Positions 10,801 to 18,600 of a stretch of DNA of 42,369 nt are shown here, one piece after another (the stretch's first letter is position 1; each line of letters begins with the position of its first letter). This DNA is from a bacterium. GTDB taxonomy: Bacteria > Patescibacteriota > Microgenomatia > JAMCZE01. The notes beneath the pieces are model-generated. The model had not been told where the DNA came from and ran no database searches. It saw nothing but the letters and a program-made list of their open reading frames with translations. The position numbers were made by a program, and so were the translations under genes. The DNA lies in contig JAKBJL010000001.1 in NCBI GenBank assembly GCA_021836035.1, positions 1 through 42,369 on the forward strand, given 5' to 3'.

Positions 10801-12330
10801 TGGGATGGTTCCTTTTTAAACTTGTATATTGACAGTAAAGTAGCCGCCACGCCAGTAGCACAAACTATTGATGCAGTCTCGACAGTCTATAATCTACAAA
10901 TTGGCCGAGATCCGAATACCGGTAACTATCAATATAATGGTCTTATTGACGACGTCAAAATCTACAACTACGCCCTCACTTCCGACGAAGTGCTGGCGGA
11001 GTATAATCACGGGGGCGCCTTAGCCTTTGGTTCCCTGTCTGACACGTCTGGCTTGTCTGGTGGGTCTGTTGCGTCTAACAGCGCGAGCGCTGTTTATTGT
11101 GTCCCCGGCTCCTCCGATCCCTGCGCCCCGCCGGTCGGAGAGTGGAATTTTGAGGAAGGGCAAGGCGGGACGGTCAACGATTCGTCGGGAAACGGGAATA
11201 CGGGGACGTGGTATGGCAGCGGGACTCATTGGGGTACCGGGAAACAGGGTAAGGGAGGGGTGTTTAACGGAAGTAATGATTACGTACAATTTACCCGGTC
11301 TAGCGATATCCAAAATATTACTAATGACGGCACAATTGAAGGTTGGGTAAAAATGTCGACAGTGGGTCGAAACCAAACCTTTTTTGATCTTTCAGGGTCG
11401 GGGCCTAATGGGCTCATTGTTTTTTCAAATTATACGGCAGGTCTCTACAAGGTGGATTTTCAGCAAGGCTCACGCCATGCTTATTCAACAACGATCCCTC
11501 AATCTAACACTTGGTATTATTTATCTGCTACTTGGGATTCCAGTGGGCTAAAGCTGTTTGTAAATGGAATATTGCAAGGAACAAATGGTACGGTGCCATC
11601 AGTAATAGTTGGAGCCGGGACATCCAGAATTGGTCAATATGATTATTACGCTTTCTATAATGGTTCCATTGACGACGTCAAAATCTTTAACTACGCCCGC
11701 ACCCCCGCCCAGATTGCCTGGGACTATAACCGGGGCAAGCCGGCCGGTGTTTGGCACTTCGACGAGTGCTCCGGAACAACAATCCACGACGAAGGAACGG
11801 CGACCAACTCCGCAACTTTAACCGGGGCAACAGCGGGTACCTGCGATGACGGGACGAATACCACCTTCTGGAATAAGGGGAGATCGGGAAAATACGGAGC
11901 GTCGGGATATTTCGGGGGAACCGACGATGTGGCAACGGTCGCCGCTCCGATTAATAACGTATATGCCCTTTCTTTCTGGGCCAAACCTTCTACGGCAGCC
12001 CAGTCTTACCTGCAACTTAGCTCCGGGGTTTACGTTACTTCCGACGCTAACGGTACCGTTACCGCTACCGGCTTTGCCTCCCCTTCCGTTTACGTTAACG
12101 GGAAACTGAACGGGACAGTAACCGCCGGTTCCTGGAACCATATCCTGGTAACTTCCGCCACTTCCCTTTCCGCCGATTCCATAAAATTCGGCCAGCAAAA
12201 TTCAACCTACTATACCGGGCAACTGGATGAAGTAAAGATTTTCAATTACCCGTTAACTACTACGCAAATCAAGTTGGATTACAACCAAAATTCGGCGATC
12301 AGATTCGGACCGGATACCGGAAACCCCTAG
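4822..12330 (+). CDS. Giant secreted protein: signal peptide, DUF2341-like domain, about 8 LamG/concanavalin-like domains, CBM-like domain interrupted by a propeller-like insert
   Basis: About 2500-aa ORF; ATG at 4822 preferred to TTG at 4807. Hydrophobic segment ending ASPVKA. WGKRKQITLVN...CDDLRVVY...YYIYYSN. Repeated GxWKFDEG...DSSGNGN...W(N/H)H...IDDVKIYNYA. Confidence 0.88.
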   Translation: MKHSVKIENWKLKIIRRITRRLRVIIPAIGMAAIAVAILWSKLASPVKAVPWPSHMSDWGKRKQITLVNNSGQTLNPNTTYQVNIDTRGLSNIPNDLQRNCDDLRVVYQPSSTQAVELSRSLALASGASDCSNSSSTIVSFPLQAAITNGSSDANYYIYYSNHNAVSPNGTNGEVGPALSAYDTTPGAASFVAPFNGTTQALASGSGTPTTATGAIRYSGGKSAVNFSTSLIAIGIRTTGFNANTGTLTIWVNNRANNEAILRGLFGHTSSSSNRIYVYKDTDNVLKVILGGGNMMTTSWAFDTNTWHQISLTWNNGTAFAYVDGSQVGTVSYSDLTAFGPTAQIGNDFCGHGWNGLIAETAIYNRALSSTEIISAYNSSKKGTPLVRNSSIVGLYHFDENGNDPRSANTAYDDSGNGNNGTCYNGGWVVTPCVYISGLVGVDGTKDNGLANSQSYASHQGVFIEEGTTNKITNPSFENSAFDTNWSTSSSTIASAGTIADSTGLGFQNHLIYATNSAQWWFFYIDSASLNQLKSRYSTDLINWNSGTTLTLVNNSDADNRDFSVAYKNINNTDVIQVGTSYRLANGNVQHYHVRGTISGPTLTWGTESQLSLTNPGSWGSYVVPDGPATIFDSNNYIWDATDFWCENESNCAGSNTGNAYIARSTNADAGSSWTAGFNAKTSLTGVNYFIHSRFLASLGSGNLIHLFDNGQSSSTFTNIVSYKYTGSWTTPGNILFGDLSVAQDTHDWSAVARTATDVHVVVRTGANTFSHRRYNGSSWSDGASIPAQNTKAGAGLFMATDGTDVWLFAIDSDSANTVRYSRWSSGSNTWSTWSALESSTQTRIALSGNSQVTNNTIAVMWSQTNGSNYDIVSKALSTSSGETAVNTTYPYYKFGSQSVKIVAPSGAGINYTTSINPGDTNTQTFSAYVYDGTTGNVGGTVSSSIAELIFNDTAVTTTYADAGGGWWRLTYSAAGVNAAGNYGLEIEGSKTIYIDGVQLEEKAYATTYADGSLGTGYAWTGTANNSTSTRTMATLEYSSTSNIKDTVGTVSFWIKPTYASSSEIIDKVFLAQGNDNWFEIQLNTGANANRIGIQGLSFSWMQFSATWAANSWNHLVLIYTNGSTPRIYFNGSALTCTLDCSTTYTSTGVFGNRIAFHGFDNSVVLSKTMSDLRIFDRVLTATQVSQLYYTGLGSHSEAAPVNRFANAEDPVVYYKMDEGTGTTLNNSAPNIETNGSNLANSSYTATLSGTVNLPAWQTPDMCVSGDCLYFEGSNAYAGLNNSTPSAIQSLSLWAKPASSSGTIPLISFSGSANVSLSGSTLQSTGLNSPTYYVNGKIGTTLTANQWNHIEITQSSSITPTALTLGTIDSVTFFKGFLDEVKFYNYARSADQVKNDYNRGATKIGQTSADPLNKGLVGYWKMDEATWSGQLNEVKDSSGNGNDGTAQGATGGKAYPGAGKFGNGGVFDGVDDGVLLPNVKYSTYANDFSICMWINPKSYPDQAFLLSWNNGSVSPYYSLLLRLSWNGTIQLLAYDGTNYRFTSGSAVPLNIWSHVCTTVALNKQVAIYINAVSNTPQSAGNHIIAANPNAYDQTNIGYYPGQGVGVKTSLDELRIYNRALSPAEVRQLYNFAPGPVGWWKFDEGSGVTVSDSSGNGNTGTWAGTGNHWINGKFGKAGSFNGVDDQVSITANTNSPFDFTTALTFEAWANPKAVPSNRNTIIKKYGSNGYSLDSSSSNNIFRCYMSGLTPTELSAPSAISLNTWTHITCTYDGVSRKMFLNGVLVANDSPTGIMDVNNTPLAIGNSSVYSGPGYGFNGSIDDVKIYNYARTPDQIAEDMAGRAGSVSFAGVQAGSSVEMGHWAFDEGYGTVTHDASGHGNDGTITGAVWNQNGKFGKALQFNGSSNFVNIGNQTSLQLTHTGTVSVWLNISDNLNNSPAFVCKDNWDTDTNGYCLASWGNGDIIGEIANGSFYNQIHSTNKNYADHKWHHVVFTWDGSFLNLYIDSKVAATPVAQTIDAVSTVYNLQIGRDPNTGNYQYNGLIDDVKIYNYALTSDEVLAEYNHGGALAFGSLSDTSGLSGGSVASNSASAVYCVPGSSDPCAPPVGEWNFEEGQGGTVNDSSGNGNTGTWYGSGTHWGTGKQGKGGVFNGSNDYVQFTRSSDIQNITNDGTIEGWVKMSTVGRNQTFFDLSGSGPNGLIVFSNYTAGLYKVDFQQGSRHAYSTTIPQSNTWYYLSATWDSSGLKLFVNGILQGTNGTVPSVIVGAGTSRIGQYDYYAFYNGSIDDVKIFNYARTPAQIAWDYNRGKPAGVWHFDECSGTTIHDEGTATNSATLTGATAGTCDDGTNTTFWNKGRSGKYGASGYFGGTDDVATVAAPINNVYALSFWAKPSTAAQSYLQLSSGVYVTSDANGTVTATGFASPSVYVNGKLNGTVTAGSWNHILVTSATSLSADSIKFGQQNSTYYTGQLDEVKIFNYPLTTTQIKLDYNQNSAIRFGPDTGNP
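4943..10322 (+). repeat. 5,380-bp direct repeat, copy 1
   Basis: Constant offset of 7883 to 12826-18205. Main-frame translation and all alternative-frame ORFs in the track are identical in both copies. Confidence 0.93.
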
Positions 12331-12335
12331 ACTAT

Positions 12336-12662
12336 ATGGATAAGAACAATACCGATTATAAAGATCATTCGGGTTATAAAAGCCTGTCGTTTTATGTTCA
12401 ATCGGGAGTAATCCACGATTTTACCGTCGAATTCGCCAAGGTCTACATTGATAAAATTTATAAAGATTACAGCGATTATATAACTTGTCTTCGTTCTCCC
12501 GGGAAAGCGGAAAACACGACGGTTTGTCTTATTAACCAAACTAACCAGCTCCTCGACCAAAAACTCAGCCGGACGGAGGAAGAATTTAGCAAACCCGGTG
12601 GCTTGCGGAAAAATCTTTTTAAGAAAAGGGTTGCATATAAGAAAAAAAGTCAGCAAAATTAA
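12336..12662 (+). pseudogene. Four-helix-bundle 'suffix domain' protein, internally deleted
   Basis: N-terminal GYKSLSFYVQSGVIHDFTVEF and C-terminal ENTTVCLINQTNQLLDQKL...EEEFSKPGGLRKNLFKKR match the family. The central bundle (QxxQAARS...NIAEG) is missing. Confidence 0.7.
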
Positions 12663-12668
12663 ATAATT

Positions 12669-15600
12669 ATGAAATCGACGTATTTTAAGTTGATTAAAAA
12701 TTTCAACCCATTCGATAAACTCAAGGTTATCTTGAGCCTGTCGAAGGACAAATCAAAAATTTCAAATTATCTAAAGGTCGGGTTAGCCCTGCTTTTGGTA
12801 GGCTTGGGAGTTTTTATTTATTGGACCAAGTTAGCTTCCCCGGTCAAGGCTGTCCCCTGGCCAAGCCATATGAGCGATTGGGGTAAACGCAAACAAATTA
12901 CCCTGGTAAACAACAGCGGCCAGACTTTAAATCCGAATACTACCTACCAGGTAAACATTGATACCAGGGGTCTTAGCAATATACCTAATGATTTACAAAG
13001 AAACTGTGATGATTTAAGGGTAGTCTACCAGCCCTCTTCTACCCAGGCGGTAGAACTTTCCCGTTCTCTCGCCCTGGCTTCCGGAGCAAGCGACTGTTCC
13101 AACTCTTCCTCCACAATTGTTTCTTTTCCTTTACAGGCGGCGATAACCAACGGAAGCAGTGACGCTAACTATTATATCTACTACTCCAACCACAACGCGG
13201 TTTCCCCTAACGGGACCAACGGTGAAGTAGGACCAGCCCTTTCAGCTTACGACACAACGCCCGGTGCGGCCAGTTTTGTCGCCCCCTTCAACGGCACAAC
13301 CCAGGCTCTTGCCTCCGGCTCCGGTACCCCGACCACCGCCACCGGGGCGATCAGATACAGTGGAGGAAAGAGTGCGGTAAATTTTAGTACTAGTTTAATA
13401 GCTATTGGTATAAGAACAACCGGATTTAATGCTAATACCGGAACGCTTACAATTTGGGTCAACAATCGAGCAAACAATGAAGCTATATTAAGGGGATTAT
13501 TTGGCCATACTAGTTCTAGTTCAAACAGAATTTATGTGTATAAGGATACGGACAACGTGCTCAAAGTAATATTAGGAGGAGGTAATATGATGACCACCTC
13601 CTGGGCTTTTGATACTAATACATGGCACCAGATTTCTCTAACTTGGAATAATGGCACCGCTTTCGCATATGTCGATGGGTCCCAGGTCGGTACCGTTTCA
13701 TACTCCGACTTAACTGCTTTTGGTCCTACCGCCCAAATTGGTAATGACTTTTGTGGTCATGGATGGAACGGTCTAATTGCTGAAACGGCGATTTATAATA
13801 GAGCTCTTTCATCAACTGAAATTATATCTGCATATAATTCTTCTAAAAAGGGGACTCCGTTGGTTCGTAATTCTTCAATTGTTGGGCTTTATCATTTTGA
13901 CGAAAATGGTAATGATCCTCGGTCAGCAAATACAGCTTATGATGATTCTGGTAACGGTAATAACGGCACTTGTTATAACGGTGGCTGGGTAGTTACTCCC
14001 TGTGTTTACATTTCCGGTTTAGTTGGCGTTGACGGAACAAAGGATAACGGTCTGGCCAATTCCCAAAGCTATGCTTCCCACCAGGGCGTCTTTATCGAAG
14101 AAGGCACGACCAACAAAATTACCAACCCTTCTTTTGAAAACTCCGCCTTTGATACCAATTGGTCTACTTCCTCGTCCACGATTGCCTCTGCCGGAACAAT
14201 TGCCGATTCCACGGGCTTGGGTTTTCAAAACCATTTAATTTATGCCACCAATTCTGCCCAATGGTGGTTTTTCTATATTGATTCGGCCAGTCTTAATCAA
14301 CTGAAAAGCAGGTATTCTACGGACTTGATTAACTGGAATTCAGGCACGACTTTGACTTTGGTTAACAACAGTGATGCAGATAATCGGGATTTTTCCGTCG
14401 CCTATAAAAATATCAACAACACCGATGTTATTCAGGTTGGAACCTCCTATCGGCTCGCCAACGGGAATGTTCAACACTATCATGTCCGCGGCACAATCAG
14501 CGGCCCAACTTTAACCTGGGGAACTGAATCTCAACTTTCACTGACTAACCCTGGAAGCTGGGGAAGTTATGTGGTACCTGACGGTCCGGCCACTATTTTT
14601 GATAGTAATAACTATATCTGGGACGCAACTGATTTCTGGTGCGAAAACGAAAGTAACTGCGCAGGCAGCAATACCGGAAATGCCTACATTGCCCGATCAA
14701 CAAATGCCGACGCCGGTTCTTCCTGGACTGCCGGGTTTAACGCTAAAACTAGCTTAACCGGAGTAAATTATTTTATTCATAGTCGATTTTTAGCTTCCCT
14801 GGGCTCAGGCAACTTGATTCACCTTTTTGATAATGGTCAAAGCTCTAGCACTTTCACGAATATTGTTTCTTATAAATATACCGGAAGTTGGACAACCCCA
14901 GGAAATATTTTATTTGGAGATCTTTCTGTCGCCCAGGATACCCATGATTGGTCGGCAGTTGCCCGAACCGCTACCGATGTTCACGTGGTTGTCCGGACCG
15001 GGGCCAACACCTTTTCCCACCGCCGCTATAACGGTAGCTCCTGGTCTGACGGGGCTTCGATTCCGGCTCAAAATACCAAAGCTGGCGCTGGCCTTTTTAT
15101 GGCGACGGACGGAACTGACGTTTGGCTCTTCGCCATCGACTCAGACTCGGCCAACACCGTTCGTTATTCCCGCTGGTCTTCGGGATCAAATACCTGGAGT
15201 ACCTGGTCGGCGCTGGAATCATCAACTCAAACACGAATTGCTCTGAGCGGTAACTCCCAAGTTACCAACAATACTATTGCGGTTATGTGGTCTCAGACCA
15301 ACGGGTCGAATTATGATATCGTCTCGAAAGCGCTATCTACTTCTTCCGGTGAAACGGCAGTAAATACAACCTACCCTTACTACAAATTCGGATCACAATC
15401 TGTTAAGATCGTGGCCCCTTCAGGTGCTGGCATAAATTACACCACCTCCATCAATCCCGGCGACACCAACACCCAGACTTTTTCCGCTTATGTTTATGAC
15501 GGCACCACAGGAAACGTGGGCGGAACCGTTTCCTCCAGTATCGCTGAATTGATTTTCAACGACACGGCCGTTACCACAACCTATGCCGACGCCGGAGGCG

Positions 15601-18600
15601 GCTGGTGGAGACTAACTTATTCTGCCGCCGGCGTCAATGCCGCCGGCAATTATGGCTTGGAGATCGAGGGCTCAAAAACTATCTACATCGACGGCGTCCA
15701 GCTGGAAGAAAAAGCCTACGCGACAACGTATGCCGACGGGAGTTTAGGAACAGGGTATGCCTGGACCGGAACGGCCAACAATTCCACAAGCACGAGAACA
15801 ATGGCTACCCTGGAATATTCCTCGACAAGTAATATCAAAGATACCGTTGGCACAGTTAGCTTTTGGATAAAGCCAACTTATGCTTCTTCAAGTGAAATTA
15901 TTGATAAGGTATTTTTAGCTCAGGGTAACGATAACTGGTTCGAAATTCAACTTAATACCGGTGCAAATGCCAACAGAATAGGCATACAAGGACTTTCCTT
16001 TTCTTGGATGCAATTCAGTGCTACTTGGGCTGCAAATTCCTGGAACCATCTTGTATTAATATATACAAATGGATCAACTCCACGGATCTATTTCAATGGC
16101 TCTGCACTGACCTGCACCTTAGATTGCTCTACGACCTATACTTCAACTGGCGTATTCGGCAATAGGATTGCTTTTCACGGATTTGATAATTCGGTGGTTT
16201 TGAGTAAAACCATGTCCGACCTTCGTATCTTTGATCGTGTTCTCACTGCCACCCAGGTTTCCCAACTCTACTATACCGGTCTTGGTAGTCACTCCGAAGC
16301 GGCCCCGGTTAACCGCTTTGCCAACGCCGAAGACCCGGTCGTCTACTATAAAATGGACGAAGGAACTGGAACGACTCTAAACAACTCGGCACCCAATATT
16401 GAGACTAACGGGTCTAATTTGGCTAACTCCTCTTATACCGCCACCCTTTCCGGGACGGTTAACCTTCCCGCCTGGCAAACACCGGATATGTGCGTTTCCG
16501 GAGACTGTCTCTACTTTGAAGGCAGTAACGCCTATGCGGGTCTCAACAACTCGACTCCTTCTGCCATCCAATCCCTCTCCTTGTGGGCCAAACCGGCTTC
16601 CTCTTCCGGGACAATTCCTTTAATCTCCTTTTCCGGTTCCGCTAACGTTTCCCTCAGCGGGTCGACCTTACAGTCAACCGGCCTGAACTCCCCCACTTAC
16701 TACGTTAACGGCAAGATCGGAACTACTTTGACCGCCAACCAATGGAACCATATCGAGATTACCCAGTCTTCTTCTATTACCCCTACCGCCCTTACTTTGG
16801 GAACTATCGATTCCGTCACCTTCTTTAAGGGATTTCTGGACGAAGTGAAGTTTTACAACTACGCCAGAAGTGCCGACCAGGTTAAAAACGACTACAACCG
16901 GGGAGCGACCAAGATCGGACAAACCTCCGCCGACCCCTTAAACAAGGGTTTAGTCGGTTACTGGAAGATGGACGAGGCTACCTGGAGCGGGCAGCTAAAC
17001 GAAGTTAAAGACTCCTCCGGCAACGGCAACGACGGCACGGCCCAGGGAGCGACCGGAGGCAAAGCCTACCCCGGAGCAGGCAAATTTGGCAACGGCGGGG
17101 TTTTTGACGGGGTGGATGATGGTGTTTTATTACCTAATGTGAAATATTCTACCTATGCTAATGATTTTTCAATTTGCATGTGGATAAACCCAAAAAGTTA
17201 CCCAGATCAAGCATTTCTACTTTCGTGGAACAATGGAAGCGTATCCCCTTATTACTCTTTATTGCTTCGATTAAGTTGGAATGGGACCATACAACTTCTC
17301 GCGTACGATGGAACCAATTATCGCTTTACGTCAGGTTCTGCCGTACCCCTGAACATATGGTCGCATGTCTGCACCACAGTTGCTCTCAATAAACAGGTGG
17401 CAATATATATAAATGCCGTAAGTAACACACCTCAATCAGCGGGAAACCATATAATAGCAGCTAATCCAAATGCTTATGACCAAACTAATATTGGTTATTA
17501 TCCTGGGCAGGGTGTAGGTGTAAAAACATCTCTTGACGAACTCCGTATCTATAACCGTGCCCTTTCCCCCGCCGAGGTCCGGCAACTCTACAACTTCGCC
17601 CCGGGGCCTGTGGGTTGGTGGAAGTTTGATGAAGGATCAGGAGTAACTGTTTCCGATTCTTCCGGCAACGGCAACACCGGAACCTGGGCCGGAACCGGAA
17701 ATCACTGGATAAATGGCAAATTCGGCAAAGCGGGAAGTTTTAATGGCGTAGATGATCAAGTTTCAATAACAGCTAACACTAATAGCCCGTTTGATTTTAC
17801 GACTGCTCTAACTTTTGAAGCTTGGGCAAATCCAAAAGCTGTCCCTTCAAACCGAAATACGATAATTAAAAAATATGGCTCAAATGGTTATTCTTTAGAT
17901 TCGTCCAGTTCTAACAATATCTTTAGATGTTATATGTCTGGTCTAACACCAACTGAATTAAGTGCCCCAAGTGCTATATCTCTTAATACCTGGACCCATA
18001 TTACTTGTACTTATGATGGAGTGAGCCGGAAAATGTTTTTAAACGGTGTATTGGTTGCCAACGATTCCCCAACGGGAATCATGGATGTTAATAATACCCC
18101 CTTAGCTATTGGGAATAGTAGCGTTTACTCCGGACCAGGTTACGGATTTAATGGTTCCATTGACGACGTTAAAATCTATAACTACGCCCGCACTCCTGAC
18201 CAGATCCTTGAGGATATGCAAGGCCGGGCCGCGGTAATCAGCTCCACAGCCGTCGGAATCAGGACTCCTGCTGACTATTGGAAATTTGATGAAGGCCAGG
18301 GAATAACCGCCCACTCCTCCGGCACTCAAAATACTAACGGGACTTTAACCAATATGGCCTCTCCGGCTACCGGAGTTTCCGGCTGGCAACAGACAGGCAA
18401 ATACGGTAAAGCGTTAGCCTTTAACGGCACCAACAATTATGTTGATTTCGGTGATATGACATACCTCGAAAATACCGGCACCATGTCCGCCTCACTCTGG
18501 GTGAAGCCTAATGCATTAGGGACGCAGCGATGTTTACTCTGCAAATACCAAAATAGTGCCGCCGCCGGCAAACGGTCCTTCGGGATTGAGACGGGGTCTT

